A stretch of DNA of 64,000 bases from contig JANLTH010000125.1 in the NCBI GenBank assembly GCA_031362865.1, positions 3,226 to 67,225 on the forward strand, given 5' to 3'. A program made the position numbers and the translations under genes. The notes beneath the pieces were generated by a model that saw only the letters and a program-made list of their open reading frames with translations, ran no database searches and was not told where the DNA came from. Positions 20,041 through 28,734 of the stretch are shown in pieces; position 1 is the first letter of the stretch, and every line of letters begins with the position of its first letter. This DNA comes from Burkholderiales bacterium. GTDB taxonomy: Bacteria > Pseudomonadota > Gammaproteobacteria > Burkholderiales > JAEUOS01.

Positions 20041-22037
20041 CCCGCTGGCTCACGCGCTGGCTGGCAGCGTGGATCTTGGCGGTGGCGTGCGGTGTGGCGC
20101 ACGCCCAGTTTCTTTCCTTGACGCTCGATGGCATCACCGGTGCTGGCTGGCAGACCGGCAAGATTGGTCTGGCGCTGGCGAATCCGTTTGGCGCGGGCCA
20201 AGCGCGCATCGATATCGTGGATGCGGCTTTTCTCGGCAAGCGCTACGCCAAGCTGTCGATCATCTGCAAAACTTTCCGGCAAGAGCCTGAGTGGCTGCGC
20301 TGCGCTGAAGGTTTGATGACGGGCTTAACACCTGAACCTATCGAACTCGATTTCGCCTTTTCCGGAAAAACCAAGGCCTTGGAACTGGCACTGCGCCCAG
20401 CTCCCGGCGAAGCATGGCTGGTGAAGCAAGATGGGCGCGGCTCTTCGATCATCGTGCTTGAAAACGCGCTACTGACAAGGGTTTCGGAGTGGTTGCCTGC
20501 CAACCTAACAGCCGATCCCTTTCTCCCAAAGCCGACGGCGGGCCGCGTGACCGGCAGTGCGCTCTATGGCGCAAACCGCATGGCCTTGGACTTGACACTG
20601 GCAGAGGCCAGCTTTGCCGATGGTTCCGGCTTGCGCGCTGGAGACAAGCTCAATGCCACTCTCAAAGGGCAAGCCGCGCTGGAGGGCGGGGCCTGGAGCT
20701 GGAACGGCGCGCTGGATTGGCGCAGTGGCGAAGTGTTCTGGCAGCCTTTTTACGTCAAGGTTGGCACCCAAGGCCATCAATTGCGCGCGCGCGGCATGCT
20801 CAGCGAAAAGGAGTTGACCGTAGAGGAAACGTCGCTCAATCTGGCGGGCGTGGGTGAGATCAAGACTGCAGCTACGCTCCTGCGGGCCGACAATTCGGTG
20901 CGTTTGCTTGATACCAGCGGTCGTGCCATCAATGTCGCCGGCTTAGTCGCCTTGCTGCCCAAGGAATGGCTTGAAGTGGCTGGAGTTGGCGATTTGGTGG
21001 CGCAAGGGCGGATCGACTTTCGGGTGGCAATGACCGAAGCGAAGCTGAGTGCCGTCGAGCTCACGCTGGCCGACGGGCTGATCGACATTCCCTCACGCAA
21101 GAGCGGCCTATTCGGTCTCGCGGCCCACATTCCATGGCGGGCTGGGCAAACCAGCGAAGCGCGACTCGACTGGAAAGGTGGGCTGGCGCGCGGCATCCCG
21201 ATTGGTGCGGTCGAAGGCCGCGCGGAAATTCTCAAAGACGGGGTCTACGTGCCCAATCTGGTGATTCCGGTACTCGATGGGGTGATCGGCCTCGCTGAGA
21301 TTCGGGCCCGCAAACTCGAATCGGCCTGGGAGGCTGAACTGCAAGGCGCGTTCACCCCGATCTCGATGGAGCAACTCGCGCTCTCGCAAGGCTGGCCCAA
21401 GCTGGGTGGGGCGATTCACGGCAATATTCCGCGCATCAGCTACGCCAAGTCAACGCTTGCCTTCGATGGCGCGTTGGACTTTGAGGTATTTGACGGCAAA
21501 GCGCGCGCCTCTGGCATTCGCATTGAAGACCCGTTCGGCAAAACGCCGTCGTTCAAAGGGGCGCTGACGATACGCGATATGGATTTGGAGCTGTTGACCA
21601 ACGCCTTCTCATTCGGCAGCATCAGCGGCAAGATCGATGTGGATGTGTTGGGGCTGGAGTTGGAAAGCTGGCAGCCGGTGGCGTTTGAGGCGAAAGTCAT
21701 CACCAGTGAAGGCGACTTCAAAAAGCGCATTAGCCAGCGCGCGGTACAAAATATTTCCAGCGTTGGCGGGGCCGGAGCGGGCGCGGCAATTCAGGCATCG
21801 GTATTGCGTTTTTTTGACACATTCGGATACCAAAAAATTGGTATGTCGTGCAAACTTTCCGGCAACATTTGCGCGATGGGCGGCGTCGAAGAAACTAGCA
21901 GCGGCTATGTGATGGTCAAGGGCGGTGGTGTGCCGTCGCTCACGGTGGTTGGCTACAATCGGCAAGTGGGCTGGCTGGAATTGCTGGACCGGATCAAAGC
22001 GGCCACCAGGGGCGAGCTAAAGCCGGAAATTCGATAA
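20037..22037 (+). CDS. ydbH: YdbH-family AsmA-like intermembrane lipid-transport protein
   Basis: 666 aa with an N-terminal signal/anchor. The conserved YdbH C-terminal block is KKRISQRAVQNISSVGG...GYQKIGMSCKL.GN.C.M.G. It is followed by ynbE- and ydbL-like genes, as in E. coli. The TTG start overlaps the hydrolase stop (TTGA). Confidence 0.75.
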   Translation: MTRWLTRWLAAWILAVACGVAHAQFLSLTLDGITGAGWQTGKIGLALANPFGAGQARIDIVDAAFLGKRYAKLSIICKTFRQEPEWLRCAEGLMTGLTPEPIELDFAFSGKTKALELALRPAPGEAWLVKQDGRGSSIIVLENALLTRVSEWLPANLTADPFLPKPTAGRVTGSALYGANRMALDLTLAEASFADGSGLRAGDKLNATLKGQAALEGGAWSWNGALDWRSGEVFWQPFYVKVGTQGHQLRARGMLSEKELTVEETSLNLAGVGEIKTAATLLRADNSVRLLDTSGRAINVAGLVALLPKEWLEVAGVGDLVAQGRIDFRVAMTEAKLSAVELTLADGLIDIPSRKSGLFGLAAHIPWRAGQTSEARLDWKGGLARGIPIGAVEGRAEILKDGVYVPNLVIPVLDGVIGLAEIRARKLESAWEAELQGAFTPISMEQLALSQGWPKLGGAIHGNIPRISYAKSTLAFDGALDFEVFDGKARASGIRIEDPFGKTPSFKGALTIRDMDLELLTNAFSFGSISGKIDVDVLGLELESWQPVAFEAKVITSEGDFKKRISQRAVQNISSVGGAGAGAAIQASVLRFFDTFGYQKIGMSCKLSGNICAMGGVEETSSGYVMVKGGGVPSLTVVGYNRQVGWLELLDRIKAATRGELKPEIR

Positions 22038-22047
22038 AGGGTACACA

Positions 22048-22269
22048 GTGAACGGTGAACGAGTGAACAGATGGCGGCGCACAGCGATGCTTGCAGCGGT
22101 AAGCGGTGCGGCCTTGGTGGCGACCGGCTGCGTGACGATCAATATCTACTTTCCGGCAGCCGCTGTCGAGAAAGCCGCCGACAAGATCATCGAAGAGGTG
22201 TATCAGTTAAAGAAGGGCGCGGAAGCCGCTAAACCTGCTGTCCCTGCTGCGCCTGCCGATAAGAAATAA
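22048..22269 (+). CDS. ynbE: YnbE-family lipoprotein
   Basis: Small ORF with a basic n-region (RWRR) and lipobox-like LVATGC, followed by VTINIYFPAAAVEKAADKIIEEV. The start codon is uncertain (GTG 22048/22063 or ATG 22087). Confidence 0.65.
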   Translation: MNGERVNRWRRTAMLAAVSGAALVATGCVTINIYFPAAAVEKAADKIIEEVYQLKKGAEAAKPAVPAAPADKK

Positions 22270-22279
22270 GGAGCTCACC

Positions 22280-22696
22280 ATGAAACGATTTCTTCAGTTG
22301 ATTGCCGCAGCGGCATTTGCCTTGGCCGCTTTTGGTGCATCTGCGCAAAACCTGGAAGTCAACACGCCTGCGGTTAACGCGCTCAAAAAGTCGCTTGCTG
22401 ACCGTCATGGCCAACTCGCCGGCCACTATGGCAGCGGCGCGGTCGGCATCGGCGGCGACGGCATGCTGGTGCTGCGCGATGCCAATGCAGTGCCGCTGCC
22501 GCAGCGCGGCGCGGTGACCGGTTTGGTCAGTGCAGAAAACAATGATCGGGCCGCGCTGTACCGCGAAATCGCCAAGGCCAATGGCAAACCGGAGTGGGAA
22601 GGTGAAATCAAAAATACCTTTGCGCAACGCTGGATTTCCAACGCGCAAGGCGGCTGGTTTGTACAAAACGCGCAAGGTGCTTGGGTCAAAAAGTAG
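22280..22696 (+). CDS. ydbL: YdbL-family (DUF1318) periplasmic protein
   Basis: Signal peptide MKRFLQLIAAAAFALAAFGASAQ and a DUF1318-like core (VSAENNDRAALYREIAKANG). It occupies the third position of the ydbH operon. Confidence 0.7.
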   Translation: MKRFLQLIAAAAFALAAFGASAQNLEVNTPAVNALKKSLADRHGQLAGHYGSGAVGIGGDGMLVLRDANAVPLPQRGAVTGLVSAENNDRAALYREIAKANGKPEWEGEIKNTFAQRWISNAQGGWFVQNAQGAWVKK

Positions 22697-22720
22697 CGTA
22701 AGCCTATCTGGGAGTCCGCG

Positions 22721-23254
22721 ATGAAAGCGTTTCGAGGTGTGGTTGCAGGCGTGTTGTGGGTGATGGTCGGTAGCGCGAGCGCACAGCAAGGTCATTCGAT
22801 ACCTGCTGGCGACTACCAACAAGGCTTCAAAAACGGTTTCGATGCTGGTTTCAAGGACGGCTACGACCGCGCCGTGCAAGACATTCGTGCGCGCCAGGCG
22901 ATGGAGCACAACGTGGCCCGTCCGCAGCAGGTCGCGCCCGGTGGCGCAGCGGTTGTCGGCGGCAACAGCGCAGTTCCAGTGCGCCCGGCGATTCGCAATC
23001 GTGGCATTGTGCTGGTGCGCGCGTGGTACAGCCAGGAAGGCCGCAATACGGCAGCTGGAGCTTGCGAACTGACATCGCGTCTGGTGGGCGAAATGAATGG
23101 CCGGATGAGTGCGAGTATCGATGTCAACAATCAACTGTGCGGCGACCCCGCACCTGGCAAACGCAAATCACTCAAGGCCGTCTATTTGTGTGGCGGCGAA
23201 GAGCGCGAGGCCGAGGCGCACGAGCACCGCTCCCTGCGCCTTTCGTGCGAGTGA
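22721..23254 (+). CDS. Secreted hypothetical protein with Cys-containing C-terminal domain
   Basis: Signal peptide MKAFRGVVAGVLWVMVGSASAQQ, a Gly/Asp/Phe-rich repeat (GFKNGFDAGFKDGYD), and a C-terminal segment IVLVRAWY...C...CGDPAPGKRKSLKAVYLCGG...LSC. No family assigned with confidence. Confidence 0.55.
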   Translation: MKAFRGVVAGVLWVMVGSASAQQGHSIPAGDYQQGFKNGFDAGFKDGYDRAVQDIRARQAMEHNVARPQQVAPGGAAVVGGNSAVPVRPAIRNRGIVLVRAWYSQEGRNTAAGACELTSRLVGEMNGRMSASIDVNNQLCGDPAPGKRKSLKAVYLCGGEEREAEAHEHRSLRLSCE

Positions 23255-23381
23255 TTCCAATTCCAGATCATTGCGATAGGTCGTTGCACCTTCTAGCCGT
23301 GCGCCCCGCACTGCCGTCGTCGGTGCGCCAGTTCTCGTAACGATCTGAAAATGGAGTCAGGCAGTCGGGCGGCTACAGCGG

Positions 23382-24164
23382 CTACAGCGGCTGCCCGTCA
23401 ACCGCGCGGGTTTTGGTTTCTTTGTTTGCCGCCAAGCGGTCAAATAGCCAATTGGGCACTATCCGCAGTAGTTTGACCACAAACGCCATTTGCCAGGGCA
23501 CCACGCCGTAGCTGGTGCCCGAATCAATCACCCGGCGGATGCGCCGGGCAGCGTCGTCTGCATCCATCAAAAACGGCATGGCGTAGCGATTTTTTGCGGT
23601 GAGCGGCGTGCGGATGTAGCCTGGTAGCACCGTCACCACCTTCACTCCGGCTTCACGCAACTCGCCGCGCAAGGCCTCCAGATAAGTGACCGCCGCCGCC
23701 TTGGAAGCGCAATAGCCGCCCGAGCCCGGCAGGCCGCGGATCGAGGCCACGCTGGTGATTCCGGCCAGCGTGCCAGTGCCGCGCGCCTTCATCGCCGCGA
23801 CGAAGGGCTGAAACGTAGCAAAAATCCCGGTCACGTTGACCCGCATAATGCGGTCAAACGCCGCCAGATCCGCTTCAAACTCCGTAAATGTGCCGGCGCT
23901 GATGCCTGCGTTGGCAATCACGATGTCGGGCGCGCCGAAGCGGGCGATGAAGTCTTGGCCGGCCGCGCGCAGGCCAGCATGGTCGAGCACATCAACCGCG
24001 TAAAACACGCTGGTGCATCTAAGCGTGGCGGCAACCGCTTCGAGCTCGCTCGCGCGGCGCGCGGTGATCGCAATCACTGTATCGGGCGTCGCGTCGTCAT
24101 AGGCGCGCGCCAGTTCCGCGCCCAACCCGCTCGATGCGCCAGTAATGAAAATTTTCAGGCCCAC
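23382..24164 (-). CDS. SDR family oxidoreductase
   Basis: MGLKIFITGASSGLGAELA (TGxxxGxG), NAG motif, and catalytic YCASKAA. Confidence 0.85.
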   Translation of the reverse strand: MGLKIFITGASSGLGAELARAYDDATPDTVIAITARRASELEAVAATLRCTSVFYAVDVLDHAGLRAAGQDFIARFGAPDIVIANAGISAGTFTEFEADLAAFDRIMRVNVTGIFATFQPFVAAMKARGTGTLAGITSVASIRGLPGSGGYCASKAAAVTYLEALRGELREAGVKVVTVLPGYIRTPLTAKNRYAMPFLMDADDAARRIRRVIDSGTSYGVVPWQMAFVVKLLRIVPNWLFDRLAANKETKTRAVDGQPL

Positions 24165-24245
24165 GATTGGCTCACTGTTCTTGATCGAAAAGAAAAAGGC
24201 CAGCGATGCACTGGCCTTTTGATCTTAAAACAGTTTGGTCGATGT

Positions 24246-24896
24246 TTACTTCTTCTCTTTGGCCACCAGAAAATCAACAATCGGCAGCACCGCTTGGTGC
24301 GAATTGACGGCCGGCATCGTATTGGAAGTGGTGTATTTACCTGCAACCGCCATCGCCGGTACGCCGTCAATCTTGTAGCTGTTGGCGATTTGGCGGGCGC
24401 GCGAGGCCTTGCCTTGCACACCAAAAGAACGCAGAGTGTCAGAGAACTTCTTCTTGTCCAGCCCGTTTGCAGCGGCCCAGTCGATGATCTCGGCTTCGGT
24501 GTTCAGGGCTTTCTTGTCGCGGTGAATATCGGCAAACACGGTTTGGTGCAACTTGCCCAGGCTGCCCATGGCTTCGAGCGCGTAAAAAAGCTTGGCATGC
24601 ACAAACCAGTTGTCGTTGAACACCGCCGGCACGCGCTTGAAGGCCACGTGCGCCGGCAGTTTTTCAACCCAAGGGGTGAGCACCGGCTCAAACGCATAGC
24701 AATGCGGGCAGCCGTACCAGAAAAATTCGATCACTTCGACTTTGCCAGGTGGCGCGTCAGTTGGCTGGACCGGCGAGAGCACCTTGTAGGCGAAGTCGAT
24801 CTCAGGCTCTTTGGCCTGCGCCAAAGTAAGCTGGGGTAGACCGGCGACGGCAAGGCCCGAGGCGGATTGAAGCACGAGGCGACGGTTCAAGTTCAT
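24246..24896 (-). CDS. dsbA: Thiol:disulfide interchange protein DsbA
   Basis: Signal peptide, active site FFWYGCPHCYAFEP, and a DsbA helical insert. Confidence 0.9.
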   Translation of the reverse strand: MNLNRRLVLQSASGLAVAGLPQLTLAQAKEPEIDFAYKVLSPVQPTDAPPGKVEVIEFFWYGCPHCYAFEPVLTPWVEKLPAHVAFKRVPAVFNDNWFVHAKLFYALEAMGSLGKLHQTVFADIHRDKKALNTEAEIIDWAAANGLDKKKFSDTLRSFGVQGKASRARQIANSYKIDGVPAMAVAGKYTTSNTMPAVNSHQAVLPIVDFLVAKEKK

Positions 24897-25084
24897 GGTC
24901 TTGGAAAGTTGAAAATAGCGATGCGATTGAAGGAGAAGTTACCGAATCACCGGCAGAGGCGCAAGGAACTATCGCACACTCTCCAAGCCAATAACGCGCC
25001 AGCGCCGTTGTTGGTGGACAGCCAGGGTTAGGGGTAGTAGGGGTACGGGTACCGGTACGCTACGCAGCCATGTTGAGAATCGGG

Positions 25085-25789
25085 TCAACGCTTTTCGCGC
25101 CGCGCCGCAACAACGAATTGGTCGAGAAGGCGCAGCGCCTCAAAATGGCTGCCGGCTTGACCCGATGACACTGCCCACTTGCCCGCCACCACAATAGTGG
25201 GTGTTGCGGTAATTTTGTAGTCAGAGGTCATCTTGCGGGCCAAATCGACATTCTTCTGAACCTCGGGGGAGTTATAAAGTTCCCGAACCCGGGCTTTGGC
25301 GAAGCCGTTTTTGTCAAACCAGGCCATCAGGCCTTCTTCTTCGGTGAGCAAGGCCCCGTCAAAGTGGATATTGTCGTAAATCGGGCGGTGCAGGCGTTTT
25401 TGCTCCATCAAAGCTTCGAGTATGAAAAACGCCTTGGTGAGCGGCACCCAACTGTCATTGCGAATCGCAGGCTGATAGCGAAATACCACGTCAGCGGCTT
25501 TTTTTTGCAACCAATCCTGCAAGCCTGGTTCCATATCGAAACAATGCGGGCAGCCGTAGTAGAAAAACTGGATCACTTCGATCCGGTCTGGGGTCATTGC
25601 GACCGGCGGAGGCATCACCGGGTCGTAGGTCACGTACTTGAGCGAAGTGCGAAACTGCGCCTGTGCGGGCGAAGCTGCCATTCCACTGGCCAGCATTGCA
25701 CCGGTCGCGACCTTGAGCAACTGGCGCCGCGCGCTGTCCGGCTTAAGCGAAGGAGCGCGCGGAATGTCGGAGATTGGTGAAAAACTCAT
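25085..25789 (-). CDS. DsbA-family thiol:disulfide oxidoreductase paralogue with twin-arginine-type signal peptide
   Basis: ORF 25085..25981; start set at MSFSPIS (ATG 25789). Signal SARRQLLKVATGAMLASGMAASPAQA and active site FFYYGCPHCFDMEP. Confidence 0.8.
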   Translation of the reverse strand: MSFSPISDIPRAPSLKPDSARRQLLKVATGAMLASGMAASPAQAQFRTSLKYVTYDPVMPPPVAMTPDRIEVIQFFYYGCPHCFDMEPGLQDWLQKKAADVVFRYQPAIRNDSWVPLTKAFFILEALMEQKRLHRPIYDNIHFDGALLTEEEGLMAWFDKNGFAKARVRELYNSPEVQKNVDLARKMTSDYKITATPTIVVAGKWAVSSGQAGSHFEALRLLDQFVVAARREKR

Positions 25790-25826
25790 CGAGAAGCCGC
25801 CTTTGCACTTGTTTGAAGCGAAGCCG

Positions 25827-26456
25827 CTACTGCTTAGAGCGCACCATCGCGCCCTCAATACCATTTTGCGCCAGGGTCGCGCGCACCCGGTTAATGTCAT
25901 CCAGGCGGCCATACGGCCCCAAGCGCACCCGATACATCGTGCCCTTGCCATCGACTTCAGCAGCTTCGACCTTGGCCTCAAAACCCATTAACGCCAATTT
26001 GGCCTTTTGGTTGTCCGCGTCGCCCGCGCTTTGAAACGCACCCGCCTGAACGAAGTAACGCTCCTTCACCTCGGTTTCGGCCTTGGCCTCTGCTTTCGGC
26101 TCAACTTTGGCCTCGGCTTTGGTTTCAGCCTTTGGCTCGGCTTTTGGTTCGGTCCTTGCGGCATCTTTCTTGTCGGCCAGGATTGCTTCAGGGGAAGCAG
26201 CCTTTTTCTCGTCTTTCTTTTCGTCGCGTTTGACATCGGCTTTGCCGTCTTTACCATACAAGCCCACATTGGGGTCGCCGCCCTTGTCGGTGCCCTTTTC
26301 ATTCGGCGCTTTGGCCGCTTTGTTGACAAACGGCACCGGTGATTTGTTCAAATAAAACGCGACCAAGGTCGCAATCCCCAAGCCCACCACCAAGCCGATG
26401 ATGATGCCGATAATGATGCCGCCGCGCTGCGTTTGCAGAGAAACCTGTTTCGTCAT
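25827..26456 (-). CDS. SPOR domain-containing cell-division protein
   Basis: N-terminal TM helix, a Lys/Glu/Pro/Ala-rich repeat linker (EPKAEPKAETKAEAKVEPKAEAKAE), and a C-terminal SPOR domain (YFVQAGAFQSAGDADNQKAKL...YRVRLGPYGRLDDINRVRATL). Confidence 0.85.
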   Translation of the reverse strand: MTKQVSLQTQRGGIIIGIIIGLVVGLGIATLVAFYLNKSPVPFVNKAAKAPNEKGTDKGGDPNVGLYGKDGKADVKRDEKKDEKKAASPEAILADKKDAARTEPKAEPKAETKAEAKVEPKAEAKAETEVKERYFVQAGAFQSAGDADNQKAKLALMGFEAKVEAAEVDGKGTMYRVRLGPYGRLDDINRVRATLAQNGIEGAMVRSKQ

Positions 26457-26480
26457 GATCTAGATTGAATCCGGGGCCGC

Positions 26481-28220
26481 CTACATGGAATCCGAAGCGG
26501 ATATACCCAACACACTCAGCCCGTTCTGAATTACGCATCTTACCGCCTGAATCAGCGCGAGCCTTGCTTCCTTCTGAGCCGTGTCGTCCACCAGCACTTT
26601 GCACTCGCCATAGAAACTGTGGAACTGCCCGACCAGATCGCGCAGGTAAAAAACCACGTCGTGCGGCGACAGTTCTTCTGCTGCCCGTTGCAGCATTTCC
26701 GGGTATTCGCTCAGGCGCTGCATCAAGGCGAACTCGCGCGCATGGGTGAGCGGGCTTAAGTCAACCGTGCTCAAGCGTTCCACCTTGCCAGCGTCGCGCT
26801 CGGCCCAGTTGCGCAGGACGCTGGCAATGCGGGCATGACCGTATTGGACGTAATACACCGGGTTTTCGTCACTCGATTTGAGCGCCAAATCAACATCGAA
26901 CACAAACTCGGTATCGGCCTTGCGCGACAGTAGAAAAAACCGTACCGCGTCGCGCCCTTTGATGCCGTCGCCCGACCAAGTAATCAAGTCGCGCAAAGTC
27001 ACGTAGGAGCCTGCGCGTTTGGAGATTTTGACCTCTTCGCCGTCTTTGAGAACGGTCACCATCTTGTGCAGAACATAGTCTGGAAAGCCTTGCGGGACGG
27101 GCTTCCTCATGGCATGCCCAGCCGCTTGCAGGCCCGCCCGCACGCGCGCAATCGTGCCGTGGTGGTCGCTGCCCTGAATATTGATCGCGCGGCCAAAGCC
27201 ACGCTCAAATTTAGCCAGGTGATAAGCGACGTCGGGCACGAAATAGGTGTACGTGCCGTCAGACTTTTTCATCACGCGGTCTTTGTCGTCACCAAAATCG
27301 GTGGACTTGAGCCAGAGCGCGCCGCCTTCTTCAAACGTTTTTCCCGAGGCCACCATGTCGGCCACGGCGCGCGCGACTCGCCCATCGGCATAGAGCGACG
27401 ATTCAAGGTAATAGTTGTCAAAGCGCACGCCGAAGGCGCGTAAATCCAGGTCTTGCTCGCGGCGCAGGTAGGCCACAGCGAAATCGCGAATCGACGTGAT
27501 GTCGTTCAAGTCGCCCGAAGCGGTAGTCTCTTTGTCGGCCGCGCGCACGGTTTGCTTGGCCAGAAAATCGCGCGCAATGTCGGCGATGTATTCGCCGTTG
27601 TAAGCGTCTTTGGGCCAGCCTGGCAGGTCGGGATTCAAGCCCTGGGTACGGGCCTGCACTGAGAGCGCCAAATTGCCGATTTGCACGCCCGCGTCGTTGT
27701 AGTAGAACTCGCGCGTCACCGCATAGCCTTGGCGCTCAAACAGCGCGCAAATCGCATCGCCCAGCGCCCCTTGGCGGCCGTGGCCCACATGCAAGGGGCC
27801 GGTCGGGTTGGCGGAGACAAATTCGACCATCACCTTCTGGCCTGCGCCGCGTGCGCTGCTGCCATAGCTGGCCGGGGCACGCAACACGCGCTGCACCACC
27901 GCTTGCTTGGAGGCGGCCGACAAGCGCAAATTGATAAAACCCGGGCCTGCAATTTCAGCAGAGGTAATCAGGTCGTTGACTGGCAGTGCCGCGATCAAGG
28001 CCTGCGCCAAATCGCGCGGGTTGCGCTTAAGGCGCTTGGCCACTTGCATGGCAATATTGCACGCCAAGTCGCCGTGCTCGGCCACTTTGGGGCGTTCCAG
28101 CGTAATCAGTGGCAATGACTCCAGGCTGCTGCTGTCTGGCGCGGCGGTTTGCAGTGTCGGTTTTAATGCGGCTTTTAGTGCGACTTCCAGCAGTTCAGCA
28201 ACCTGCGCTTTGGTGTCCAT
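26481..28220 (-). CDS. argS: Arginine--tRNA ligase (canonical portion)
   Basis: From the internal ATG 28220: [19 protein letters not shown]...[21 protein letters not shown], with class I HIGH-type motif [14 protein letters not shown], 579 aa in total. The reading frame stays open upstream to 28724 (see next feature). Confidence 0.9.
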   Translation of the reverse strand: MDTKAQVAELLEVALKAALKPTLQTAAPDSSSLESLPLITLERPKVAEHGDLACNIAMQVAKRLKRNPRDLAQALIAALPVNDLITSAEIAGPGFINLRLSAASKQAVVQRVLRAPASYGSSARGAGQKVMVEFVSANPTGPLHVGHGRQGALGDAICALFERQGYAVTREFYYNDAGVQIGNLALSVQARTQGLNPDLPGWPKDAYNGEYIADIARDFLAKQTVRAADKETTASGDLNDITSIRDFAVAYLRREQDLDLRAFGVRFDNYYLESSLYADGRVARAVADMVASGKTFEEGGALWLKSTDFGDDKDRVMKKSDGTYTYFVPDVAYHLAKFERGFGRAINIQGSDHHGTIARVRAGLQAAGHAMRKPVPQGFPDYVLHKMVTVLKDGEEVKISKRAGSYVTLRDLITWSGDGIKGRDAVRFFLLSRKADTEFVFDVDLALKSSDENPVYYVQYGHARIASVLRNWAERDAGKVERLSTVDLSPLTHAREFALMQRLSEYPEMLQRAAEELSPHDVVFYLRDLVGQFHSFYGECKVLVDDTAQKEARLALIQAVRCVIQNGLSVLGISASDSM

Positions 28221-28724
28221 TTTTATCAGTTCGCGAGCAGCAAAACCCTCGATTTTACCGAGGCCTTCCTCTGTAAGCCGCTTTTGCCAATCTTCGCGCC
28301 GCACCTGCTTGCGCTTCGTTTTCGCCTGATGCAGAACCTCGTGTTCTTTGCTGAATTCGGCGATCTTGGTCATGATGAAACGTTTCAACGCGGGTGACAA
28401 ATCGGCGGCCTCGCGCGCGAAGCGCTGCGTTACCGGGTCGCCTTCGTACAAACCGTCGGCCACCAGAATCGGCGTTGCCGCACCCGGCAGCTGGTCGTCG
28501 CCCGAATCGACCCCGTCGTGGAAGAAGCCCACGCCGCGCTTCCACGTAAGCGCCCGCTCGTTGCGGGTGATGCTGTAACAGATTTGAATCCCAGTGATCG
28601 TGGTGGCATCGTCGCTGATGGCCGCGTCGTCCTGCCAAACGTAGAGGTCAAAGAAGTCGCTCTGAAACCAACGGCGCTTGATGCCGTCTTTTGGGGCTTG
28701 TGAAACGCGGATTTCGCGCAGCAT
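28221..28724 (-). CDS. 168-codon uncharacterised coding segment in frame with, and not separated by a stop from, argS
   Basis: ATG 28724 lies 10 nt after the ptsI stop and has a GGGGA SD. There is strong G/C third-position codon bias. The sequence [33 protein letters not shown]...[12 protein letters not shown]...[15 protein letters not shown] belongs to no family I recognise. Confidence 0.5.
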
Positions 28725-28734
28725 CGTCCGTCCC

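Noticed and set aside
22047-22070. Triple GTGAAC repeat (aGTGAACgGTGAACgaGTGAACag) at the ydbH/ynbE junction.
   Set aside because: It is short and overlaps candidate ynbE start codons. This is noted as the reason the ynbE start is ambiguous, not as an independent element.
23371-23395. 9-bp tandem duplication (cggctacag x2, then cggctgccc) spanning the stop codon of the SDR gene.
   Set aside because: It is real in the sequence, but only 2.5 copies. It is most simply a small slippage duplication at a gene end with no evident function.
25031-25062. GTAC-rich low-complexity patch with a perfect palindrome GTACCGGTAC, downstream of the second dsbA.
   Set aside because: It is short, has no U-tract, and no second copy exists in the window. 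There is insufficient evidence for a terminator or binding site.
26060-26170. Periodic DNA repeat (ggcttt/ggcctc units) that looked like a minisatellite.
   Set aside because: It is the coding image of the KAEPK-type low-complexity linker of the SPOR protein, in frame and within a well-supported gene.
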